The position numbers and the translations under genes are program-made. The notes beneath the pieces were generated by a model. It was given only the letters and a program-made list of their open reading frames with translations, did not search any database and was not told where the DNA came from. 64,000 nucleotides of DNA from Alphaproteobacteria bacterium (lineage in GTDB: Bacteria > Pseudomonadota > Alphaproteobacteria > MPNO01 > UBA830). The DNA lies in contig OZ251539.1 in the NCBI GenBank assembly GCA_965243135.1, positions 4,192,001 to 4,256,000 of the forward strand. The letters are read 5' to 3'. This document shows positions 49,087 through 59,100 of this stretch, in pieces. Position 1 is the stretch's first letter. The number at the start of each line of letters is the position of its first letter.

Positions 49087-49305
49087 AGTTCGCGGCCGCC
49101 GTTCCGTCTCCGCGCCTCGCGCCGGACGGGTTATGCGGACGGCCCGCGGTTTCGCCGCCGCCGGTCGGCGCGAAAAGCATCCGGGAAGTCGATTATCCGC
49201 CTCGACGACTCGGGCAAGTTCTTCGTCGCGACCCGGGACGCTCTCGGGCGTTCCTCAGAATTCTCGCGACGAGCCGCTCGCGGATGGCGCGGCTCGCGGC
49301 GGCCG

Positions 49306-50730
49306 TCACGCCGCGGCGGTTCCGCCGACGGTGAGATTCTCGATCAGCAACGTCGGCTGCCCGACGCCGACCGGAACGCCCTGGCCGTCCTTGCCGCAGG
49401 TGCCGACCCCCGTATCGAGCGCCATGTCGTTACCGATCATTTTCACGCGGGTGAGCGCGTCCGGTCCGTTGCCGATCAACGTCGCTCCCTTGACCGGTGC
49501 GCCGATCCGCCCGTTCTCGATCATGTAGGCCTCGGACGCCGAAAAGACGAACTTGCCCGAGGTGATGTCCACCTGGCCGCCGCCGAAATTCACCGCGAAG
49601 AGGCCCTTCTTCACCGATCCGACGATCTCTTCCGGGTCGCTGCCGCCGTTCAGCATGAAGGTGTTGGTCATCCGCGGCAGGGGGGTGTGGGCGAAGCTTT
49701 CCCTGCGGCCGTTGCCGGTGGGTGCCGCGCCCATCAGCCGCGCGTTCATGCGATCCTGCATGTAGCCGGTCAGGATGCCGTCCTCGATCAGCACGGTTCT
49801 CGAGCAGGGCGTTCCTTCGTCGTCGATCGAAAGCGAGCCGCGCCGGTCTTCGAGCGTGCCGTCGTCGACGACGGTCACGCCCGGCGCGGCGACGCGCTGC
49901 CCCATCAGCCCGGCGAAGGCGCTCGTCTTCTTGCGATTGAAATCCCCTTCGAGGCCGTGGCCGATCGCTTCGTGGAGCAATATCCCGGGCCAGCCGGGAC
50001 CGAGGACGACGTCCATTTCTCCGGCGGGCGCCGGAACCGATTCGAGGTTGGTCACTGCCTGCCGCAACGCTTCGTCGATTTGCCTTTTCCAGGCGTCGGG
50101 CTCGACGAAGGAAGCGTATCCTTCGCGGCCTCCGGCTCCGTGGCTGCCGGCCTCCATGCGGTCGCCGTCCGCGCAGACGACGGAGACGTTCACGCGCACG
50201 AGCGGGCGGACGTCGCGCCGATGCTCTCCGTTCGCCCGCACGATCTGCACCGCCTGCCACTGGCCCGATATCGAGGCGGAGAACTGAACGACGCGGGAGT
50301 CGAGCCCGCGGGCGTATTCGTTCATTTCCTCCAGAAGCCGAACCTTTTCGCCGAACGCGATCTCTCCTGCGGGGTTCCGGTCGCCGTAGAGCCGCCTGTT
50401 GGTGGCGCGAGGAGCGACGTCGATCTCGCCATCGTGACCGGCCCGCACGGCGCGAACGACCTCGGCGGCGCGAGCTATCGCATCTTCGGACAGTTCCGAG
50501 GCGTGGGCGTAGCCGGTGGTCTCGCCCGCCACGCCTCTGAACCCGCAGCCTTGCATCGTGTCGAAAGACGCGCTTTTCAGCCGTCCGTCGTCGAAGGCGA
50601 GGCTCTCCGACTGCCGGTATTCGAGGAACAGTTCGCCATCGTCGGCGCCGTGCAGCGCGTCGGATACGAGATTCTCCACCCGCGCGCGGTCCATTCCGGC
50701 GCGCTCGAAAAACAATTCGTCGGTCTTCAT
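49306..50730 (-). CDS. tldD: Metalloprotease TldD
   Basis: GWPGILLHEAIGHGLEGDFNRK, PRMTNT, CGKDGQGVPVG. Confidence 0.96.
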   Translation of the reverse strand: MKTDELFFERAGMDRARVENLVSDALHGADDGELFLEYRQSESLAFDDGRLKSASFDTMQGCGFRGVAGETTGYAHASELSEDAIARAAEVVRAVRAGHDGEIDVAPRATNRRLYGDRNPAGEIAFGEKVRLLEEMNEYARGLDSRVVQFSASISGQWQAVQIVRANGEHRRDVRPLVRVNVSVVCADGDRMEAGSHGAGGREGYASFVEPDAWKRQIDEALRQAVTNLESVPAPAGEMDVVLGPGWPGILLHEAIGHGLEGDFNRKKTSAFAGLMGQRVAAPGVTVVDDGTLEDRRGSLSIDDEGTPCSRTVLIEDGILTGYMQDRMNARLMGAAPTGNGRRESFAHTPLPRMTNTFMLNGGSDPEEIVGSVKKGLFAVNFGGGQVDITSGKFVFSASEAYMIENGRIGAPVKGATLIGNGPDALTRVKMIGNDMALDTGVGTCGKDGQGVPVGVGQPTLLIENLTVGGTAAA

Positions 50731-51208
50731 CGTCCCGGTTTCCTCGATTGCCGCTCGCCCGGCTTCAATATGGACCCTGGAAGGGCTTTCGTCACCCCTT
50801 GCGGCGCGACGGCGCGAAGCGGGGCGGCGCGGAAGTCGCGGACGAAGACGAAATGGCCCGTCGACCGCGGCACGGTCAAGAGCGAGGCGCCGCCGAAAAC
50901 CTCGACGTTCGAACCTTGGCGGCCCGCGCAGGCCGACCCGCCGGCTTCGTCCTCTCCGAACGCCGGCCGTTGCCCGGAACCGTCAAGACCCGGCAAGGCT
51001 GCGGCTGCGCTTGCGTTCGAATCTCCCGGGCGCGCGACCGCGACGACTCGATAACGGCGGGCGAAAGATCAGGTGCGACGCCAGCGCCGAGACCGTCGCC
51101 GCGCTCCGCGCCCCTTGACGCTCTCCAGCACCCGGCGGAGATCCGTATCCTCCGGGTTCTCCGCAACCAACGCCGGGAGGATCTCCGGGTGCTCCCGGTC
51201 CAACGCGA

Positions 51209-52267
51209 TCAGCGCCCGCGGCTCTCCGCAGTATTCCGATGCTCCGCGGCCGGCGCCCGGCGAAGGTCCGCTGTTTCCCGGCGGAGAGCGGAGATTTCCT
51301 CCCACGTCAGCGCGGTCTTCACGATGAACCCCAGATCGTCGTATCGCGGAGACCATTGCAACGCCTCGCGTATCCGCGCGCTGTCCGCGATCAGGGTCGG
51401 CGGGTCGCCCGCGCGCCGCGCGCCTGAGCGTATGACGAGCCCTCCGGCTTCGGCCTTTACCGCCTCCAACACCTCGCGAACCGAAAATCCGTGGCCGTAA
51501 CCGCAATTCAGCGTCTGGCTGGTCCCGCCGTCCTCAAGATGGCGCAGCGCGGCGAGATGCGCGGCGGCGACGTCGGACACGTGGATGTAGTCCCGTATGC
51601 AGGTGCCGTCCCGCGTGTCGTAATCCGTCCCGAGCACCGTGACGCCGTCGCGCATGCCGACGGCAGCCTCGCAGGCGACCTTGAGAAGGTGTTCGGAATG
51701 GCCGCCGTACAGGCCGGTCCTTCCCTCCGGGTCCGCGCCCGCGACGTTGAAGTACCGCAACGCGACGTAACGGAAGTCGTGAGCGGCCGCCGCGTCCCTG
51801 AGCGCCCATTCGGTGACCAGTTTGGAACTGCCGTAGGGGTTGATCGGGACGGTCGGCGCGTTCTCGGCCACCGGCAGCGTCTCCGGGATCCCGTAAACCG
51901 CGGCCGTCGACGAGAAAACGAACCGCGTTACGCCGCCAGCGACGCAGGCGCGAAGCAGGCTGGCGCTGACGCCGCTGTTGTTCCGGTAATAGGCGAGCGG
52001 ATCCTGCACCGACGCCGGAACGCTGGTGCTCGCGGCCATGTGCACCACGGCGGAGATCCCGCGTTCGGCGACGATCCGCCCGACCGTCTCGGCGTCTCCT
52101 GCGTCGCCCTCGAAGAAGACGGCGGCGGACGGAACGGCCTCGCGATGCCCGGTCGACAGATTGTCGAGCGCCGAGACCGGATAGCCGGCCTCCAGGCACG
52201 CCAATGCGACATGGCTGCCGATATAGCCGGCGGCGCCGGTGATGAGCACGGGTTTTTCTGACGTCAT
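51209..52267 (-). CDS. galE: UDP-glucose 4-epimerase
   Basis: TGAAGYIGSH, FSSTAAVYG, YGSSK, LRYFNVAGA, DGTCIRDYIHV. Confidence 0.92.
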   Translation of the reverse strand: MTSEKPVLITGAAGYIGSHVALACLEAGYPVSALDNLSTGHREAVPSAAVFFEGDAGDAETVGRIVAERGISAVVHMAASTSVPASVQDPLAYYRNNSGVSASLLRACVAGGVTRFVFSSTAAVYGIPETLPVAENAPTVPINPYGSSKLVTEWALRDAAAAHDFRYVALRYFNVAGADPEGRTGLYGGHSEHLLKVACEAAVGMRDGVTVLGTDYDTRDGTCIRDYIHVSDVAAAHLAALRHLEDGGTSQTLNCGYGHGFSVREVLEAVKAEAGGLVIRSGARRAGDPPTLIADSARIREALQWSPRYDDLGFIVKTALTWEEISALRRETADLRRAPAAEHRNTAESRGR

Positions 52268-52433
52268 GCCGGTTCCTGCCTCGGCTGCCGAAACGGCGGT
52301 TTTCTAATGCATTCGCCGTTCTGCGCAAGCCGGAGATTCGGCGGAGCCCGAGATTCGATTGACCTCGGCGGCGGCGCGCACTATTCAAACTTACGGTGCC
52401 CGTGGTTGCGCCGCAACGGGAGACGCAGCTCTC

Positions 52434-53384
52434 ATGGATGTCGTGACCATATTCGGCGCGTCGGGTTTCGTCGGCCGCTACGTCGTCAGGGAGTTCGCGA
52501 GAACCGGAGCGCGCATCCGCGCGGCCGTCCGGCGGCCCGAACGCGCCGGCTTCCTGAGACCCATGGGAGACGTAGGCCAGATCGCGCCCGTCGCGGCCAA
52601 CGTTCGCGACGACGCCTCCGTGGCCGCCGCGGTGAAGAGCGCGGACGCCGTCGTCAATCTGGTCGGCGTGCTGGCGGAGCGCGGACCCCAAACCTTCGCG
52701 GCGGTGCATGCGGAGGGAGCGCGGCGCGTGGCCGAGGCGGCGGCGGACGCCGGCGTCCGGACGCTCGTGCACGTTTCGGCGATCGGCGCCGATCCGGGCG
52801 CGCAAGCGAACTACGCCGCGACCAAGGGCGAAGGCGAGGAGGCCGCGCGCCGGGCGTTTCCCGCCGCGGCGATCGTCAGGCCGAGCATCGTTTTCGGACC
52901 GGAGGACGACTTTTTCAACCGGTTCGCCGCGCTCGCGCGGCTGGCTCCGGCCCTCCCTCTCCTCGGCGGCGGGCGCACGAAGTTTCAGCCCGTCTACGTC
53001 GGGGACCTCGCGAAGGCCGTCGCGGCCATCGCCGCGGACCCGCGGCATCAGTCCGGAATCCACGAGTTGGGCGGCCCCGAAATATTCTCCTTTCGCGATC
53101 TGATGACCATCCTGCTGCGGCAGATCGGTCGGCGGAGGCTTCTGGTTCCGGTGCCGTTTTCGGTCGCGACCTGCCAGGCGGCGGTGATGGAACGGCTGCC
53201 GGTTCCTTTGCTGACCCGCGATCAGGTGAAGATGCTGCGCAGCGACAACGTCGTTTCGGGGAATTTTCCGGGTTTTTCCGAACTCGGCATCGAGCCGACT
53301 TCCTGCGCTTCGATTTTGCCGACGTACCTTCGGCGCTACCGCCGCGGCCCGGCGTCTTCCGCGCCCGAGGCGACCGGCTCGTAG
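52434..53384 (+). CDS. Complex I NDUFA9-like atypical SDR
   Basis: TIFGASGFVGRYVV, LRPMGDVGQI, RPSIVFGPEDDFFNRF, FQPVYVGD. Confidence 0.88.
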   Translation: MDVVTIFGASGFVGRYVVREFARTGARIRAAVRRPERAGFLRPMGDVGQIAPVAANVRDDASVAAAVKSADAVVNLVGVLAERGPQTFAAVHAEGARRVAEAAADAGVRTLVHVSAIGADPGAQANYAATKGEGEEAARRAFPAAAIVRPSIVFGPEDDFFNRFAALARLAPALPLLGGGRTKFQPVYVGDLAKAVAAIAADPRHQSGIHELGGPEIFSFRDLMTILLRQIGRRRLLVPVPFSVATCQAAVMERLPVPLLTRDQVKMLRSDNVVSGNFPGFSELGIEPTSCASILPTYLRRYRRGPASSAPEATGS

Positions 53385-53514
53385 AGGTCGAACGGCTCGG
53401 GTTTCGCCGCCGCGTTTCCGGCGAACCGTCCGGCAGGCCGCCGGAAGCGGGAATTTCGGCCGGTTGACCGAGCGTCCGTGCGGCCGGGCGAAGCCCCGTT
53501 CGCCGCGACCCGGC

Positions 53515-54306
53515 TCAGCCGTAGGCCCATGCCAGGATCGCCGCGCCGAGGACGAGCCGATAGAGCGCGAACGGCGCGAAGCTCGCCCGGCGAAGCCAGC
53601 GCATCATCAGCCGGATCGCCACCAGAGCGGCGGCGAACGCGAAACCCGCCGCGAGAACGGCCTCCGCGAAATCGCCCGCGGCGCCCGAGGCCGCCAGCTT
53701 CCACGCTCCGGCGCCGCCGGCCGCCGCGATCACCGGTATCGACATCAGCATGGAGAAACGCGCCGCCGCCGTGCGTTCGAAGCCGAGAGCGCGCGCGGCG
53801 GTTATGGTCACGCCGGCGCGGCTTGCGCCGGGGATCAGCGCCAGCGTCTGGACGGCGCCGATCAGCAAGGCGCGTCCCCAAGTCAGTTTTTCCAGTCCGT
53901 CGATCGCCGGCGAATGGCGGTCGGCCAGGTAGAGAAGGACTCCGAACAGCAACGTCGCCCATCCGACGACGACGGCGCTGCGAAGCAGATCGCCGGCAAG
54001 GACGAATATCAGGCCGCCGACCGCGACGGCGGGGACCGCCGAGGCGACCGTCTGCCCAAGGAGCCTCAGATCCGGGTCGCGTTTTCCGGGATTCAGCAAG
54101 CCGCGCAGCATTCGTCCGATGTCGCGCCGAAGGTAGACGATCACGGCGCCCAGGGTTCCGACATGCACGGCGATATCGATGATCAGCCCCTGATCGTCCC
54201 ACCCGACGACGGCGGGAAGCAGAACGAGGTGTCCCGACGAACTGACCGGCAGAAACTCGGTCAGCCCCTGGACGATCGCGACGACGGCAAGCAGGGTCAA
54301 CGTCAA
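53515..54306 (-). CDS. uppP: Undecaprenyl-diphosphatase (BacA)
   Basis: VQGLTEFLPVSSSGHL, PGASRAG, ARFS; start (TTG) approximate. Confidence 0.92.
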   Translation of the reverse strand: MTLTLLAVVAIVQGLTEFLPVSSSGHLVLLPAVVGWDDQGLIIDIAVHVGTLGAVIVYLRRDIGRMLRGLLNPGKRDPDLRLLGQTVASAVPAVAVGGLIFVLAGDLLRSAVVVGWATLLFGVLLYLADRHSPAIDGLEKLTWGRALLIGAVQTLALIPGASRAGVTITAARALGFERTAAARFSMLMSIPVIAAAGGAGAWKLAASGAAGDFAEAVLAAGFAFAAALVAIRLMMRWLRRASFAPFALYRLVLGAAILAWAYG

Positions 54307-54642
54307 TCTGTGAATTCCCGGGATCGATGCCCTCGTATACAGCAACCGATTTCGCGGCTCCAGAAAGCCGGGCGGTCGCTTTCTCCGCCGAACGCCTGCG
54401 CGATTCCGCGAGACCGCCGGAACGGTCGACCGCGAACGAGCGGTTCCATGACGCCGGAATCCGCCCGGCGGCCCTGGACAGGCCGCCGCCGCGTCGACCG
54501 CGGCGCGAAAGGCAAAGAAAAATAGTACCGTATCGAGACTAGTTCGGCCTGGCCGGCCGCGACGGCCGCCGAACCAAGCCTGAACGCGCTCCCGGCATTT
54601 TTCAACAAGGTATGAAGTGCTGACCTATATCGGATTTTTCCC

Positions 54643-54672
54643 TTGACGCTTCGCGACGGGATGGCGTAGACT
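54643..54672 (+). promoter_or_regulatory. Putative sigma70 promoter of gltDB
   Basis: TTGACG, 18-nt spacer, TAGACT, 27 nt upstream of the gltD ATG. Confidence 0.45.
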
Positions 54673-54699
54673 ACTCTCGTACCCCCGCGGAAGGCCATC

Positions 54700-56124
54700 A
54701 TGTCAGGCAGCATGCTCAAGTTCGTCGAGGTCGATCAACGGATGCCGGACAAGCGTCCGGCGGCTGATCGCCGAGTCGATTTCGACGAGATCTACAAGCG
54801 CTTCGACCCGGACGCCGCGCGCGTCCAGGCCGGCCGCTGCTCGCAGTGCGGCGTGCCCTTCTGCCAGGTCCATTGCCCGGTGCACAACAACATTCCCGAC
54901 TGGCTGATGCTCACGGCGGAAGGCCGGCTGGAGGAAGCCTACGAGGTTTCCGCCGCCACCAACAACATGCCCGAAATCTGCGGCCGCATCTGCCCGCAGG
55001 ACCGGCTGTGCGAGGGCAACTGCGTCATCGAACAGGCGGGCCACGGAACGGTCACCATCGGCTCGGTCGAGAAGCACATCACCGACACCGCCTTCGAGCG
55101 CGGTTGGGTCAAGCCCGTCTCTCCGCCGAGGGAACGCGGCGAATCGGTGGGCATCGTCGGCGCCGGACCTGCGGGCCTCGCAGCGGCGGAGCAACTGCGC
55201 CGCAGGGGGTATCAGGTCGCCGTCTACGACCGCCATGACCGCGTCGGCGGCCTGCTGGTCTACGGCATCCCGAATTTCAAGCTCGAGAAGCACGTCGTGC
55301 AGCGCCGCGTCGATTTGCTGGAACAGGGCGGCGTCGTCTTCCGCTCCGAATTCGAGGTCGGGCGGGACGCGTCGCTGAAGGAACTCCGCGACCGTCACGA
55401 CGCGGTGCTGATCGCGACCGGCGTCTACCGGGCGCGCGACATTCAGGCGCCGGGATCCGGCCTCTCCGACATCGTCGCGGCGCTCGACTATCTCGTCGCG
55501 TCCAACCGCGTCGGGCTCGGAGACAGGGTCCCGGCGTTCGAGGACGGCAGCCTCGACGCGAAGGGGAAGAACGTGGTCGTCATCGGCGGCGGCGACACCG
55601 CGATGGATTGCGTCCGCACCGCGGTGCGCCAGGGCGCCCGGACGGTCACCTGCCTCTACCGGCGCGACCGCGCGAACATGCCCGGCTCGCGCCGCGAGGT
55701 GCAGTACGCCGAGGAGGAGGGAGTCCGGTTCGACTGGCTGGCGGCGCCGGAAGCCTTTCTCGGAAACGGCAAGGTGCGCGCCGTGCGCGCCCACCGCATT
55801 CACCTCGGCATGCCCGATTCCAGCGGACGCCAGACGCCCGAGCCGATTTCCGGCTCGAGCTACAGCCAGGACGCGGATCTGGTCGTCAAGGCGCTCGGAT
55901 TCGATCCGGAGGATCTGCCGACGCTGTTCGGCGCGCCGGAACTCCCGGTGACGAAATGGGGCACGGTCCGCGTCGACCACGCCACCATGATGACCGGGCT
56001 GGAGGGCGTGTTCGCCGCCGGCGACATCGTCCGCGGCGCGTCGCTCGTGGTGTGGGCGATCCGCGACGGCCGCGACGCCGCCGACAGCGTGCACGCCTGG
56101 ATCGAGGGGAGGAAGCGGAAATGA
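54700..56124 (+). CDS. gltD: Glutamate synthase small subunit
   Basis: CSQCGVPFC, CGRICPQDRLCEG, GAGPAG, GGGDTAMDC, GASLVVWAI. Confidence 0.96.
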   Translation: MSGSMLKFVEVDQRMPDKRPAADRRVDFDEIYKRFDPDAARVQAGRCSQCGVPFCQVHCPVHNNIPDWLMLTAEGRLEEAYEVSAATNNMPEICGRICPQDRLCEGNCVIEQAGHGTVTIGSVEKHITDTAFERGWVKPVSPPRERGESVGIVGAGPAGLAAAEQLRRRGYQVAVYDRHDRVGGLLVYGIPNFKLEKHVVQRRVDLLEQGGVVFRSEFEVGRDASLKELRDRHDAVLIATGVYRARDIQAPGSGLSDIVAALDYLVASNRVGLGDRVPAFEDGSLDAKGKNVVVIGGGDTAMDCVRTAVRQGARTVTCLYRRDRANMPGSRREVQYAEEEGVRFDWLAAPEAFLGNGKVRAVRAHRIHLGMPDSSGRQTPEPISGSSYSQDADLVVKALGFDPEDLPTLFGAPELPVTKWGTVRVDHATMMTGLEGVFAAGDIVRGASLVVWAIRDGRDAADSVHAWIEGRKRK

Positions 56125-59100
56125 ACTTCGCTGAACGTTACCGGCGGAACGCCGCGCTGCTGCGCGGCGCCGCCTGCCTCGACGTCGAAGAGCGCGACTC
56201 CTGCGGGGTCGGCCTGGTGGCGGCGATCGACGGACGTCCGGGCCGCAACGTCGTCGACGCCGGGATCGCGGCCCTGCAGGCGCTCTGGCACCGCGGCGCG
56301 GTCGACGCCGACGGCATGACCGGCGACGGCGCCGGCATCATGGTCGAAATCCCGCAGGACTTCTTCCGCTCCCACGTCGGCCGCACCGGACACCGGGCGG
56401 GCGACGGCCCGATCGCCGTCGGCATGACGTTCCTGCCGCGGACCGACCTCGAGGCGCAGGAACGCTGCCGACGGATCGTCGAAACCGAGATCATGAAAAC
56501 CGGCTACAACATCTACGGCTGGAGGCAGGTTCCCATCGACCTCTCGGCGCTCGGAGAAAAGGCGACCGCGACCCGCCCAGAGATCGAGCAGATCATGATC
56601 GAGGGTCCCGCCGGCGCCGACCGGGAGAAATTCGAGACCGACCTCTACGTCATTCGAAAGAAGATAGAGGGCCAGGCCCTCGAAGCGCATATCCGGGACT
56701 TCTACATCTGCTCGCTGAGCTGCCGGTCGCTCATCTACAAGGGCATGTTCCTGGCCGAACAGCTCTCGGCGTTCTACCCCGACCTGCTCGACGAGAGCTT
56801 CGTTTCGCGTTTCGCCCTCTATCACCAGCGCTACTCGACCAACACCTTCCCGACGTGGCGGCTCGCGCAACCGTTCCGCATGCTCGCGCACAACGGGGAG
56901 ATCAACACCCTGTCCGGCAACGTGAACTGGATGCGCAGCCACGAAACCCGCCTCGGCGGCGAACGGTTCGGACCCCGTCTGGAAGACCTGACGCCGGTCG
57001 TCGCGCCCGGCAACTCGGACTCGGCTTCCCTCGACAACGTCTTCGAACTGCTGGTCCGCGGCGGACGCTCGGCGCCGATGGCCAAGAGCCTGATGATTCC
57101 GGAAGCTTGCGGGGAGAGCGCGGAACTGCGGGACTTCTACAACTACTGCAACTGCGTCATGGAACCGTGGGACGGCCCCGCCGCCGTCGCCGCGACCGAC
57201 GGCCGCTGGGTTCTCGGCGGCATGGACCGCAACGGCCTGCGCCCGATGCGCTACACGGTCACCGTCGACGGCTTGCTCATCGTCGGCTCCGAATCGGGCA
57301 TGGTCCCGTTGCGGGAAACCGAAATCGCCGAAAAGGGCCGGCTCGGCCCCGGCCAGATGATCGCGGTTGACCTCGACGAAGGCAAGCTTTACCACGACGC
57401 CGAGATCAAGCGATCCTTGGCATCTTCCAAGCCGTTCGGCGAGTGGGCGTCCAACATCACGCCCATCGACGACCTCATTCGGCCGGAGACGACGGCGACG
57501 CCCGTCTACGAAAACGACGAACTGCGCCGCCGCCAGGTGGCGGCCGGATACACTCTGGAGGAGATCGAGCTTCTCCTTCAGCCGATGGTGGAGGAAGCCA
57601 AGGAAGCGATCGGGTCCATGGGAGACGACACGCCGCTGGCGGTGCTGTCCGGCCAGTATCGCGGGCTCCATCATTTCTTCCGCCAATCCTTCAGCCAGGT
57701 CACCAACCCGCCGATAGATTCCCTGCGCGAATACCGGGTCATGAGCCTCAAAACGCGGCTCGGAAATCTCGGCAACATCCTCGACGAGGACGAGAGCCAG
57801 ACGCGCCTTCTGCAGCTGGACAGCCCGGTCGTTCTGAACGCCGCCTTCCAGGCCATGCGCGACTACATGGGCGAGTCGGCGGTCGAGATCGACTGCACTT
57901 TCCGGCCCGAGAGCCACGAATTCTCCCTTCGCCGGGCGATATACAAGATCCAGCGGATCGCCGAGGACGCCGTGCGCGGCGGCGCCGCGCATCTCGTGCT
58001 GACCGACGAGAACGTCGGCCGGAACCGGGCCGGGATACCGATGATCCTCGCGACCGGAGCGGTGCACGCGCATCTGATTTCGGAAGGGCTTCGCACCTAC
58101 GCGTCGATCAACGTGAAAAGCGCCGAATGCATGGACGTTCACTACTTCGCCGTGCTGATCGGCGTCGGCGCGAGCACCGTCAACGCCTATCTCGCCCAGG
58201 AAACGATCATCGACCGCCACCGGCGCGGCCTGTTCGGCGGCATGTCCCTGCGGGACAGCGTGCGGCGGTACCGGGAAGCCGTCGATCAGGGACTGCTCAA
58301 GGTGATGTCCAAGATGGGCATCTCGATCGTCTCGAGCTACCGCGGGGCGTACAAGTTCGAGGCGGTGGGCCTCAGCCGGTGGCTGGTCAACAGCTACTTT
58401 CCCGGAATGACCTCCCGGATTTCGGGGATCGGCCTGACCGGCCTGCAGCGCAAGATCTCGGAACTGCACGCGCGGGCGTTCCGGCAGGATCTCGCCGCGC
58501 TGCCGGTCGGCGGAATCTACCGGTTTCGCAAGAGCGGCGAAGCGCACGGCTTCGAAGGCTCGCAGATCCACCTCCTTCAGAACGCGGTCGCGACGGATTC
58601 CTTCGCGGCCTACAAGAAATACGCGGAGGCGGTCCGCCGCGCGCCCCCGATTTCCCTGCGCGACCTCATGGATTTCGATCCCAAGCGCGAGCCCGCGTCG
58701 ATAGACGAGGTGGAGTCGATCACCGAGATCCGCAAGCGGCTGGTCTCTCCGGGGATCTCGCTCGGCGCGCTCAGCCCGGAGGCGCACGAAACGCTATCCA
58801 TCGCGATGAACCGCATCGGCGCCAAATCGGACTCGGGCGAAGGGGGCGAGGATCCGCTGCGCTACAAGCTGCGCCCCAACGGCGACAACCCCTCGAGCGC
58901 GATCAAACAGATCGCGTCGGGAAGATTCGGCGTCACCGCCGAGTACCTCAACAATTGCCGCGAGATCGAGATCAAGATCGCGCAAGGCGCGAAGCCCGGC
59001 GAGGGCGGTCAACTTCCGGGAATCAAGGTTTCGGAAATGATCGCCAAGTTGCGCCACTCCACGCCCGGCGTGACGCTGATATCGCCGCCGCCGCATCACG

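Noticed and set aside
49306-50730. tldD as a dedicated RiPP leader protease
   Set aside because: Standard housekeeping TldD, more than 30 kb from the precursors, with no linkage evidence.
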